Source: an uncultured Sphingomonas sp. (GTDB lineage: Bacteria; Pseudomonadota; Alphaproteobacteria; Sphingomonadales; Sphingomonadaceae). Taken from it: a stretch of DNA of 64,000 bases. Both the position numbers and the translations under genes were made by a program. Numbering within the stretch: position 1 is the first letter of the stretch; every line of letters begins with the position of its first letter. This document shows, one piece after another, positions 53,226 to 62,700 of the stretch. Under the pieces are notes generated by a model, which had not been told where the DNA came from, ran no database searches, and worked only from the letters and a program-made list of their open reading frames with translations. The DNA is taken from assembly GCA_964448315.1 (NCBI GenBank), contig CAYUWJ010000044.1, positions 15,636 through 79,635 of the forward strand, read 5' to 3'.

Positions 53226-53494
53226 GGTATGCTATGCTTGGAGCTGGCCGCTGACAGCCCGCCCGGGCCACTTCTCGATGCAACGAACGTTGCTGCATCA
53301 AACGCGCACTGCAACTGGTGCCAGCGAAACCGCCCCCAGGAGAAACTCCGCCGAATATCGCTCCACGCAAGGGGCCAAAGTGCTCTCTTGGACGCAGTAG
53401 CTGATGGTGGTGGGGTGCACATGTCGCGCACTATGCGGGACAATTCCCGCCGTCCCTACTTCTGCTAAATCATTGTATCCGAAGGAATTATTTT
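53226..53494. repeat. diverged copy of the roughly 270-bp segment that flanks the tRNA-Thr 3' end
   Basis: Colinear with 57868-58135. Shared blocks: ggtatgct, gatgcaac.aacg.tgctgcatcaaac, cactgcaactggtg, agaaactccgccg, gtgctctcttgg, gtagctgatggtgg.ggggt.cacatgtcgcg, gacaattc, tcattgta, ttggagtggtgcc. Confidence 0.8.
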
Positions 53495-53496
53495 GG

Positions 53497-53545
53497 AGTG
53501 GTGCCACGCAAAGGACTCGAGTTCGTGACCCCATTTTGTTGCATC
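53497..53545 (-). pseudogene. decayed tRNA 3'-half remnant
   Basis: tggtgccacgcaaaggactcgagttcgtgacccca parallels the genuine tRNA 3' end tggtgccgcttaggtgactcgaacacctgacccca, but the T-stem halves no longer pair. Confidence 0.45.
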
Positions 53546-53695
53546 TGCACAACTCACTGAAATCGTGCTAGAATTTTAGCACGCGCGTGCCAGATTGGTC
53601 TCTGTCTGGCGAGCGGGTAGCCTAGCCGGCGCCGCAATTCAGCCGGACCTTTGCAAGGGCGAGAGCCCGAGGCCACCACGCAAATCCTCACCCAG

Positions 53696-54550
53696 TTATT
53701 CGTCAGTTGACCCGTTGATGTGAGAATGCACCTGACCTGATTTTATGGGGTCCGTTCGATCGGCCTCTGCCAGTGCCCAGATTTCCCAATCGGCCAATGT
53801 CGCAGCTTCGATTGCCGTTGTGCCGGAAGCGACTGCTTCTCGCACCTGTGTCACAAGTGCTCGGAGATCGTTCGCCTGGCGAAGCAACTCTCCACTGTGG
53901 TGCAGGTTCGCCAGTCTCTCGCGATTGCGCGCTTCCCGCTCTTCGCGCCTCCGCGTTTTTTCGCGCAGGCGCTGCTGTTCCTGAAATTCTTCCGCCTGAC
54001 GAAGGCCGATCCTGAATTGTCGCTCGCCGGCGACGATCAGGCCGGCCGCAACCTCGCCGATCCTCGTTTCCAGCGTTCCGCTCTTATCGTCCTTCCATTC
54101 GTCGACCACCTTGCCGTCCCAGCCGTGTCGCACTGGCACGGCCAGGGGAGTTTTGGCCAGGAGATCAGGAGAAGGACGCTGGCGGCCGTGACGCATGACA
54201 GTTTTGTGCGGCCCGGCAACTTCAACATCGATGCCAATGCGGGTGTCTCCGATAATCGCTGTCGCATGAATCTCGCCGTCACGTTCGTACGCCTCACCCC
54301 AATGTGCGCGTTTGCTCAGGGCCATGAAGATGGCACTGAGGATGCGCAGTCTGCGCCTGTCCAGCGGACCATCGAATTTCGGCAGGTCCCAGGCCCATCG
54401 ATCGTTGGCCGCCTTTTCACGCCGGCGCTCTTCCTTTTTTAGAATGTCGCTCAGTCCGGCATGAATGCGATCAAGCGTCTTGCGCGCGCCCACCCGCCCA
54501 ATCGTCCTCAATTCTTGCTCGTAGAGAGCGTCGGTCCTCGGGCACCGCAC
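53696..54550 (-). CDS. hypothetical protein (charged, coiled-coil C-terminal part)
   Basis: 284-aa ORF starting at GTG, with an in-frame stop just upstream. An Arg/Glu-rich helical segment (QEQQRLREKTRRREEREARNRERL). No motif recognised. Confidence 0.45.
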   Translation of the reverse strand: MRCPRTDALYEQELRTIGRVGARKTLDRIHAGLSDILKKEERRREKAANDRWAWDLPKFDGPLDRRRLRILSAIFMALSKRAHWGEAYERDGEIHATAIIGDTRIGIDVEVAGPHKTVMRHGRQRPSPDLLAKTPLAVPVRHGWDGKVVDEWKDDKSGTLETRIGEVAAGLIVAGERQFRIGLRQAEEFQEQQRLREKTRRREEREARNRERLANLHHSGELLRQANDLRALVTQVREAVASGTTAIEAATLADWEIWALAEADRTDPIKSGQVHSHINGSTDE

Positions 54551-54700
54551 TCGAAGCGAACGAACCCGCCGAACTCATCGGACTCTGCGGTATTCAATAT
54601 GAAGCGATCATGTCGCTCGCGCGTCCGAACCAGGCGTGCTACTCTCCTTCCGCTTGGTGACACTTAGGGCGGTAGATCGCCAGTAGCGGAGCGCGCGCCG

Positions 54701-56029
54701 ATGCCGTGTTCAAAACTTATCGAGCATTCCACCAGATTGCTGCGCATGATCACCCTCTGGGCAATCCTCACCGTATCGCTAGCAACCGCGGCGTTAGCTC
54801 AGAACAACCAGGTTCATCCCTCGGAGCGCGTGCAAAGCGCGGTCAATGTCCGCGCCGAGCCGACCACGTCGTCGGCTGTACTTGACCGGCTGCGCCCTGG
54901 CGAAAACCTTGAGTACTTAGGTGAGGTGCCATTCTGGTATCGCGTGCGCCTCGAGGACGGCAGAGCAGGCTATGTCAGCAAGGCATGGACGGATCTGCTC
55001 GAGGCGGCAGCAGCCGCCGCGGCTCTCTATCGAGTCCATGCCATCGACCTGGGCACCGGCCTTGCAATCTTTGTTGAAGCACCGGACTTCACCCTGCTGT
55101 ATGATGGCGGCAGCAATGACGACCGGGCCCGCGGTACACGCAACCGGCTGCTCGCCTATCTGCGCCACGCGCGTCCCGACCTTAGGATCATTGATCATTT
55201 AATCCTAAGTCACCCACACCGTGATCACGTCGAGCTACTGCCGGACGTATTCGACCAGTACGAAATTCGCGATGTTTGGGACTCGGGGAGGCTGCACCCG
55301 ATCTGCGGCTATCGCGCCTTTCTCACCCGTGTGCAGGCCGAGGCCGGAGTCAAATATCATGATGCGCATCAGGTCACCGGTCCCCATATCGCCAGCTTTG
55401 CCGGCTCGACCTGCTACGGACAGGCCGTTCCAGCCGAAAGCATTGTGATTCCGCACTCGGAGCCAATCCGGGCAGGAGCAAGAATTGTTCTTGGAACGAA
55501 CGCAGCCATGACATTCCTGCATGCTGACGCCGAACACCACAGCAGTCCAAATGAGAACAGCCTCGTTGTGAGACTCGATCTTGGCAGCGAGCGAGTACTT
55601 CTGATGGGCGATGCCGAAGCAGGAGGCCGGCAGGATCCATCACTTCCGCCGCATCCCAACTCAATCGAAGGACGGCTTCTCACTTGCTGCTTCTCTGCCC
55701 TACGATCCGGTGTGTTGTTAGTCGGGCATCATGGCAGCAAAACATCCTCACGCGTTCAGTTTCTCGATGCGGTGGGAGCGCGGATCTTCCTGATCTCGGC
55801 GGGGCCAACCCGCTACGGGTCGGTGACTCTCCCCGATCGCGAAGTCGTCGAGGAACTTGAGCGGCGCGGCTCCGTCTGGCGCACCGATCTCGATGATGCT
55901 GCCTGCGGCCGCAATCCGGAGAAGATCGGCCCCGACAATGACAACAAGCCCGGTGGATGCGACAATGTCCTGATCAGCATTTCCCCATCCGGCGATTTAG
56001 CGGTGAGCTACAGGCGAGTCGCCGACTGA
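54701..56029 (+). CDS. secreted SH3b-domain plus metallo-beta-lactamase-fold hydrolase (ComEC C-terminal-like)
   Basis: Signal peptide. SH3b-like VNVRAEPTTSSAVLDRLRPGENLEYLGEVPFWYRVRLEDGRAGYVSKAW. MBL motif HLILSHPHRDHVELL, and a later VGHHGS. Confidence 0.8.
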   Translation: MPCSKLIEHSTRLLRMITLWAILTVSLATAALAQNNQVHPSERVQSAVNVRAEPTTSSAVLDRLRPGENLEYLGEVPFWYRVRLEDGRAGYVSKAWTDLLEAAAAAAALYRVHAIDLGTGLAIFVEAPDFTLLYDGGSNDDRARGTRNRLLAYLRHARPDLRIIDHLILSHPHRDHVELLPDVFDQYEIRDVWDSGRLHPICGYRAFLTRVQAEAGVKYHDAHQVTGPHIASFAGSTCYGQAVPAESIVIPHSEPIRAGARIVLGTNAAMTFLHADAEHHSSPNENSLVVRLDLGSERVLLMGDAEAGGRQDPSLPPHPNSIEGRLLTCCFSALRSGVLLVGHHGSKTSSRVQFLDAVGARIFLISAGPTRYGSVTLPDREVVEELERRGSVWRTDLDDAACGRNPEKIGPDNDNKPGGCDNVLISISPSGDLAVSYRRVAD

Positions 56030-56084
56030 TGGATGCTCCGGATGCAGAGTGCCGCGATCTCCTCCCGGACCTTAGCGACAGAAT

Positions 56085-56150
56085 GTCCGCTTTCCACACA
56101 TTGGGGACATCAGCAGATTAGGTCTGCTTTCGACCCGTTTCGGCCACACT
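56085..56150. repeat. REP-like bipartite repeat
   Basis: gtccgctttccacacattggggacat ... ggtctgctttcgacccgtttcggccacact. Confidence 0.7.
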
Positions 56151-56211
56151 AACATCGACCAATTGCGACATCACCATCCACCTGCCACTAGACTGGGAAG
56201 TCATCCTCCGC

Positions 56212-56376
56212 TTAGCTCGTTCTCTGAAGATCTTCTCGCAGCCTGTGAAGTGCCAGATCGAGGTGCGCTGCCACGTCCGCAGGACCTCCATGCGCGTCCA
56301 CCAGGTCAATCGCCTCTGTGACTAATTGGATTGCTCGACGAATAGCTTGCGTCCGTCGCTCGTTGTTACTCGCCAT
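56212..56376 (-). CDS. possible small helical protein
   Basis: ATG at 56376 (MASNNERRTQAIRRAIQLVTEAIDLVDAHGG...), 54 aa. The longer ORF-track version would overlap the upstream gene. Confidence 0.3.
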   Translation of the reverse strand: MASNNERRTQAIRRAIQLVTEAIDLVDAHGGPADVAAHLDLALHRLREDLQRTS

Positions 56377-56434
56377 GATACTGGCACTCCAGCGCTCAGG
56401 GTGCGGTAGCCGTTGACCGACAAAAACACAAAAG

Positions 56435-56971
56435 CTACCCGCCCGCATCCTCAGGAAACGGAGGAGCCGGGGTGACACAGTAAAACAGTCGCGTCAGATA
56501 TTGTTCAAGCATTGCCCTGCCAGACTGGGTAAGCCTCACAAGCTGGCATCGCGCGTCTAATTCCTTCGGGCCTCGCTCGATCAGCCCCTTCTCCATCAAA
56601 ATTCGCTGCCAGCGGTGACCGGTGGTTATTGGGACGTTGGCAGCGTGGGCTACTGCTGTCACACTTAGCATCTCACCTCGTGCCGGCAGGCAGTAGACCG
56701 CCAGCAATATGTCCCACGCCGGCTCTCCAAAGAGCTGCTGGTCGAGCATCCGATCCCGGGCCCTTCGTGCGTCGTATATCCGGCACGCCAACCTGCAGAG
56801 CTCGCGGCGTGTCGGTAACCGTCTGGACTGGGCGAGCAATCGCTCAGCCTCGGCCCGGGCCACCTCGTCGATTCCCAGTCTTACATCTACCTGGAACTGA
56901 ATACCGTCGGGCCAGAATGCCGCGCTCTTAGTCTCGATCGCTGGTGCTTTAGTCTTTTCTTCCCGTCCCAC
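56435..56971 (-). CDS. winged-helix (MarR-like) DNA-binding protein
   Basis: FGEPAWDILLAVYCLPARGEMLSVTAVAHAANVPITTGHRWQRILMEKGLIER...VRLTQSGRAMLEQYL is a wHTH pattern. Confidence 0.6.
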   Translation of the reverse strand: MGREEKTKAPAIETKSAAFWPDGIQFQVDVRLGIDEVARAEAERLLAQSRRLPTRRELCRLACRIYDARRARDRMLDQQLFGEPAWDILLAVYCLPARGEMLSVTAVAHAANVPITTGHRWQRILMEKGLIERGPKELDARCQLVRLTQSGRAMLEQYLTRLFYCVTPAPPFPEDAGG

Positions 56972-57196
56972 GCGCGGTTCTCCAGCAGCTACAGCTGCAG
57001 TCTTGTGAAGTACCGAGCATGTCCACAGGTATTCGGGTGGCGCAGCTGGCGCAAGTCATTCCGTTTCCGATATGGATTTGTCCGTTCTGAACTGATCCGG
57101 CGATGACTTGCCGCGTTTCCATTCTGGAAGCGATAGGAGAAGCAATTCGACAGTATGATGGGCAGGATACCTCGGATTCCAACCGAGGAGATAAGC

Positions 57197-57754
57197 ATGA
57201 CTTATCGAAACTCTGCAGCCATCGGCGCTTTAATTGCGATAACATTGGCGGTGCCCGGCAGGGCCACAGCACAGTCGCTTTCGAATGCACCTGCGGACGC
57301 TGCAGCCTCGTCCGAGTCTGTGGAATCATCACCGCAATTGCTGCCGATCTCATTCTCGCTGAGTTCTCATGTTGATGCAGCAGCGGCAGCCGCCGCGCCG
57401 CCGCCGCTGCCGCCGGACATGCCAGAGTCGACAAAACAGAAGTGGCGAGACTGGTACGCCATGCAGTCGAGGGCTCATAAATGGGAGGTCGCCTATCTTG
57501 TGCTGAGCGCGGTCGACGCGGCGGTGACAATCGAGTGTCTGGAACGGGGAAAGTGCACTGAGGTCAACCCGCTGCTGGGGAAACGCCCTAGCCCCGGCGA
57601 GGTAATCCTCTTCAAGACCGGCCTTGGCGTGGCGCACTATCTGCTGTTCAGGGAGCTAAACCATCGGAACCCGAAGGCCGCGTTGCGTACGGCCAAGTTC
57701 AGCGTGGCCCTGCAGGGCGCGATCGTGCTGTGGAACATGCAGGTCGCGTTCTAA
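57197..57754 (+). CDS. secreted/membrane hypothetical protein
   Basis: ATG at 57197 after GAGGAG with a 6-nt spacer. Signal peptide MTYRNSAAIGALIAITLAVPGRATAQS. Hydrophobic helices at the C-terminus. Confidence 0.5.
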   Translation: MTYRNSAAIGALIAITLAVPGRATAQSLSNAPADAAASSESVESSPQLLPISFSLSSHVDAAAAAAAPPPLPPDMPESTKQKWRDWYAMQSRAHKWEVAYLVLSAVDAAVTIECLERGKCTEVNPLLGKRPSPGEVILFKTGLGVAHYLLFRELNHRNPKAALRTAKFSVALQGAIVLWNMQVAF

Positions 57755-57781
57755 TTAGATGGGGCGGCGGCGCGGCCGATG

Positions 57782-57808
57782 TCTGCTTCCCACCCATTCG
57801 AGACATTG
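57782..57808. repeat. REP-like repeat unit
   Basis: gtctgcttcccacccattcgagacatt. Confidence 0.6.
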
Positions 57809-57867
57809 GGGTGTTCAGAGCTGCGGCCTGCGCCGGCAACTTCCAGTGGATATATGGCGTCGCCGAA

Positions 57868-58135
57868 GGTATGCTCTGACTGGGCGGCGTGCGGCGTCAT
57901 CCCCCGTGCAGCCCTTACTGGATGCAACCAACGCTGCTGCATCAAACCGGCACTGCAACTGGTGGCAGCAAAAATAGCCTTCAGAGAAACTCCGCCGCTT
58001 CTGGCTCAGATCAGCCGGCCAATGTGCTCTCTTGGTCCAGGTAGCTGATGGTGGCGGGGTCGACATGTCGCGGACAAAGCGCGACAATTCGCACTTCTGC
58101 AATCTGAGCTAAGTCATTGTATTAGAAGGATAAAT
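57868..58135. repeat. roughly 270-bp tRNA-Thr 3'-flanking segment (second copy of 53226-53494)
   Basis: See 53226-53494. It ends directly at the tRNA-Thr 3' CCA. Confidence 0.8.
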
Positions 58136-58140
58136 TGGAG

Positions 58141-58216
58141 TGGTGCCGCTTAGGTGACTCGAACACCTGACCCCATCATTACGAATGATGTGCTCTACCA
58201 GCTGAGCTAAAGCGGC
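58141..58216 (-). tRNA. tRNA-Thr (anticodon CGT)
   Basis: The reverse complement folds as GCCGCTT-TA-GCTC-AGCTGGTA-GAGC-A-CATCA-TTCGTAA-TGATG-GGGTC-AGGTG-TTCGAGT-CACCT-AAGCGGC-A-CCA. 76 nt, all four stems pair, and CCA is encoded. Confidence 0.9.
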
Positions 58217-58395
58217 GCGCCTGGAACGGTTCGAGCCCATCCGATGAACGGGTTCGAGGCGGCGCACCCACTATCAGCGCGTCCCGCGACGGGCAAGGCC
58301 CGGCCTCCGGACCGCGGCCTGAATCATCATGCTTAACGCTTTGTTTAGGCTAAGCGGCGATCTTGTCCGGCAAGTGGGTAAGTGGGGACCGCTGA

Positions 58396-59697
58396 ATGGA
58401 CAGCTATCGCGATCATCCGAGCGATTTCGACCTGCCGGCGGCCAATGCCGCTCCGGCGGAAGTTGATACCGCTGCAATCGGCTCGGACGAGCGGCGGATG
58501 CATGTCCGCGCCTATAATTACTGGGTGTCGCTGCTGGCCGGGCGCGACTACCCCTCGATCGAGGATCTCGAGCCGGGCAGTATCGAGGATTTCGGCCCGC
58601 ACAGCGTGCTTCTCGATTTCACCGCCGGGCGCGACAATCCGGCGACTCCCTACATCGGCGCCGCGGTCCGCGAAGAATGCGGGTTGGGCGACGGGATCCG
58701 GTCGATCGCCGACGTGCCGAGCCGGTCGCTGCTGTCGCGGCTGACCGACCATTATATGCAGATCATCGCCAACCAGGCGCCGGTCGGGTTCGAGGCCGAG
58801 TTCGTCAACCAGCGCGGCGAATCGATCTGCTATCGCGGCATATTGATGCCCTTCTCGTCCGACGGCGACACGATCGACTTCATCTACGGCGTCATCAACT
58901 GGAAGAAGTCCGAGGCCGAGGCGGCGACTGCGGAGATCGTGCTGCCGGCGAGCGCGGACGCGCCGGAATGGGATGCCGAGGAGGAAGCTGCACCGGAACG
59001 CGACGAAACCCCGTCTCCGGCTCCGCCGGCGCCGACGCATTTCTCTTGGGAAGACGGCCCGCTGGCGGATTCTTCCGACGAGGCGCCGCTCAGCGAGATC
59101 GTCGTCGATGACGATGCCGGGCTCGCCGATCGTCTGTGGGCGGCGCGCGAATCCGTCGACGCATTGAAGGCCGCCGACTGCCGCAGCCGGGCGGCACTCT
59201 ATCGGGCGCTGGCGATGGCCTATGATTTCTCGATCGCCGCGTCGGAAAACCCGCAGGATTATGGCGAGCTGCTCGATGAATCGGGCGTCAAGGCCCAGGC
59301 CCGGGCGCCGATGACGCCGGTGGTCAAGCTGGTTTTCGGAATCGACTATGACAAGACCCGACTGACCGAGTTCGCGGCTGCTCTCTCTTATGCGCAGCGC
59401 AACGCGGTCGGTCTCGGCGGATTCCAGGCGTTCATCGACGGCCAGGCCGGAGGCCTGAAGGCGCTGGTCGCCGCCGAGCGGCAAGCCCGCCGCCCGGAAC
59501 CCAAACCGGACCGGCGCGGCGAGCAGGCGCGCGCGCGGTTGCGCGCTGCGGCTCCCCTGTCGCTCGACGCGATCGCCGGCGACGCCGAGTTCGCTTTGGT
59601 GCTGGCACGGCGCCGGGCCGACGGCTCGGTCGAGGCGGTCGCAGTCATCGACGACGAGGCGATGGTCGAACGCGCGATCCGCCGCGCAGCAACCTGA
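58396..59697 (+). CDS. conserved hypothetical protein (N-terminal PAS-like fold suspected)
   Basis: 433 aa with high-GC codon usage. RAYNYWVSLLAGRDYPSIEDLEP...FVNQRGESICYRGILMPFSSDGDTIDFIYGVINWK. The Ala/Glu-rich C-terminal half is unrecognised. Confidence 0.55.
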   Translation: MDSYRDHPSDFDLPAANAAPAEVDTAAIGSDERRMHVRAYNYWVSLLAGRDYPSIEDLEPGSIEDFGPHSVLLDFTAGRDNPATPYIGAAVREECGLGDGIRSIADVPSRSLLSRLTDHYMQIIANQAPVGFEAEFVNQRGESICYRGILMPFSSDGDTIDFIYGVINWKKSEAEAATAEIVLPASADAPEWDAEEEAAPERDETPSPAPPAPTHFSWEDGPLADSSDEAPLSEIVVDDDAGLADRLWAARESVDALKAADCRSRAALYRALAMAYDFSIAASENPQDYGELLDESGVKAQARAPMTPVVKLVFGIDYDKTRLTEFAAALSYAQRNAVGLGGFQAFIDGQAGGLKALVAAERQARRPEPKPDRRGEQARARLRAAAPLSLDAIAGDAEFALVLARRRADGSVEAVAVIDDEAMVERAIRRAAT

Positions 59698-59799
59698 ATT
59701 TTCCCGGCCCAGCGAGCGACTTCCCAAGGTCGTGCTTGTCGCGGTGAGGGACGCACGGCTATAGGCCGCCGCCAGCAGCATGGCGGAGCGAATAATAGT

Positions 59800-62700
59800 A
59801 TGACGGCCCCTTCGCGACTTCCGAAGTTGCTGCTGGAGTCGCTCCGCTCGGCGCTGACGGCCAGCGCGTTGCCCGGCGAAACCGAAGGCTTCAGCCGCGA
59901 AGAGCAGGTCAGAGCAGCCGAGTTCATCGCCGAAGCGGCGCTTCTGCGCGCCGACCGCACGACCTCGATCCGTCTCGAGTCGACCGGCGGCGAAGCCGGC
60001 AGGCGGCGGATGCGGCTGGTGGTCGTCAACCGCGACATGCCCTTCCTGGTCGACAGCGTCGCCGGCGCGATCGCCGCGCGCGGGCTTGCCATCCACCGAC
60101 TTCTGCATCCGATCATTAAGGTCACGCGCGACGGCGAAGGACAGCTGCAAAAGGTCGGCGAGGGCGAGTCCGAATCGATCATCTACGTCGAGCTCGACCG
60201 GGCCGACGCGCGCGGCCGGCAGGCGCTGGTCGGGGAACTGCACCGCGTGCTGGCCGATGTTCGCGCCGCGGTCGGCGACTGGAAGCAGATGCTGACGCAG
60301 ATGAAGGCCGACGCCGATTGCCTCGACCGGCGGGATCCGGAAAGCGCCGAGCTGCTGCGCTGGCTGGCCGACGACAAGTTCACGCTGCTCGGCCACGCGA
60401 CGGTCTCGACCGATGGTGGTATCACCGACGCACTGGGGATTTTGCGCAACGACGTCGCGCTGTGGGACGAGGCGGCGGCCCGCGCCGCGGTCGAGCATCT
60501 GTCGGACGAGACTCGCGCAGTCCTGTTCCTCAAGGCCGACCGCATATCTCCAGTCCACCGCCGGGTGCCGCTCGACGTGATCATGGTTCGCCGGCCCGAC
60601 GGCAGCCTGTCGCTTCATACCGGGTTGTGGACCAGCTCGGCGCTGCGCTCTCCGGCCGAGCAGGTGCCTTTGCTGCGGCAACGACTGGCGAAGCTCGACC
60701 GCGAACTGGGCTTCGCTCCGTCAAGCCACGGCGGCAAGGCCCTCGCCCATGTCATTTCTACGCTTCCGCACGACCTTTTGATTTCCTTCGGCGAGCCGGA
60801 AGTCAGGACGGCCGCACTGACTGCTATGAGCCTCGCCGACCGCCCGCGACCGAAGTTGTTGCTGTTGTACGGCGCGCTCCGGCGGCATCTCTACAGCTTC
60901 GTCTGGCTGCCGCGCGACGAGCTGACGACCTCGCGCCGCAAGGCGATTGCGATGATGCTCGAATCGGAACTCGATGCGCAGATCAGCAGCTGGTCGGTCG
61001 AACTTGGCGAAGGCGAGCTGGCGCTTATTCGCTTCACGCTGCCGATGGACCCGGCGGCCGAGCTCCCGGACGTCGACGAGCTTGATGCGGCGCTGGTCGA
61101 GATGGTCCGCGGCTGGGTGCCGGCAGTCGAGGCGGAACTGATCGTCGCGGTCGGTGCGCCGCGCGCCACCCGCCTCGCGCTCACCCTGCTGCCGGGCCTG
61201 CCCGAAGGTTATCGGGCCCGCACCAGTCCGGAAGAAGGCGCGGCGGACATACTGCGCCTCTCCGAGCTGCATAACACAGCCGCCCGCGGTGTCCGGCTGT
61301 CGCGGTCGGAAACCGACAAGCCGGGCCAGCTTCACCTCAAGACCTATCGCCGCGGCGGGCTGATCCCGCTTTCGGAAGCGGTCCCGGTGCTGGAGAATTT
61401 CGGCTTCCGGGTGCTTGAGGAAATCCCGACCGCAGTTGGTGACGGAATCGGCTATATTCACGACTTTCGGCTTGAGCTGAACGGCGAAGTCGATTTCGAT
61501 GCCATCATTGCCCGCGCCGACCGGATAGAGTTCGCGCTCAGCTGCGTCCTTAGTGGTGCCGCCGAGAATGACGAATTCAACCAGCTTGTCCTGTTCGCCG
61601 GACTCGAGACCAAGCCGGTCGTCTGGCTGCGGGCCTGGTTCCGCTACCTGAGGCAGACCGGAAGCTCGTTCGGCCTGCTGACGGTGGTCGAGGCGCTGCG
61701 GCGCGCGCCGGACGCGACCAAGGCGCTGGTGCAGATGTTCATCGCCACTCACGACCCGTCGCTGGAACGCGGCCGGCAAGCCGGGATGGCGCGCCTGCAA
61801 TCGGACTTCGACGATGCTTTGTCGCACGTTCGATCAATCGACGACGATCGCATATTGCGGCGGCTGAGGGCGCTGGTCGACGCGGTCGTGCGGACCAATG
61901 CCTTCGCGCCGGCGGCCGACGAAGCGATCGCGTTCAAGATCAATTCGAGCCTGGTGCCGGGCCTTCCGGCACCGGTGCCGTGGCGGGAAATCTGGGTTTA
62001 CTCGCCGCGCGTCGAGGGAATCCACTTGCGCGGCGGCAAGGTCGCCCGGGGCGGCATTCGCTGGTCCGACCGACGCGACGATTTCCGCACCGAAATCCTC
62101 GGGCTGATGAAGGCGCAATTGGTCAAGAACGCGGTTATCGTTCCGACCGGCGCCAAGGGTGGTTTCTATCCCAAGCGGCTGCCGCCATCGGTCGATCGCG
62201 ATTCCTGGCTTGCCGAAGGGACGGAAAGCTACCGAATCTTCATTCGCTCGCTGCTGTCGATCACCGACAACATTGTCGACGACGAAGTTGTCCATCCGGA
62301 TAGCGTGGTCGTCCACGACGGCGAGGATCCCTATTTCGTCGTCGCCGCCGACAAGGGCACCGCGGCCTTCTCCGACGATGCCAACGCGATCGCCCTCGAC
62401 CGCGGTTTCTGGCTCGGCGACGCCTTCGCCAGCGGCGGATCGAACGGTTATGATCACAAGGAAATGGGGATCACCGCGCGCGGCGCGTGGATCGCGGTTC
62501 AGCGGCACTTCCTCGAGATCGGCATCGACGTCCAGACCGACCCGATCAAGATCGCCGGATGCGGTGACATGTCAGGGGACGTGTTCGGCAACGGCATGCT
62601 GCTGTCGAAAGCGATTCTGCTAGTTGCTGCCTTCGACCATCGCCATATCTTCATCGATCCCGATCCCGACCCGAAGGTGAGCTGGGCCGAGCGCAAGCGA

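Noticed and set aside
53229-53468. Short ORFs on both strands within the duplicated tRNA-flank segment that are similar between the two copies (for example VRDMCTPPPSAT versus VRDMSTPPPSAT).
   Set aside because: The peptide similarity simply reflects DNA-level conservation. The frames are interrupted differently in the two copies and the composition is not protein-like. The segment is treated as a non-coding repeat.
53897-54442. Plus-strand 181-aa ORF opposite 53696-54550.
   Set aside because: The minus-strand product has a coherent charged coiled-coil character. The plus-strand product looks like a shadow ORF. Neither has a family assignment, so confidence in the strand choice is moderate.
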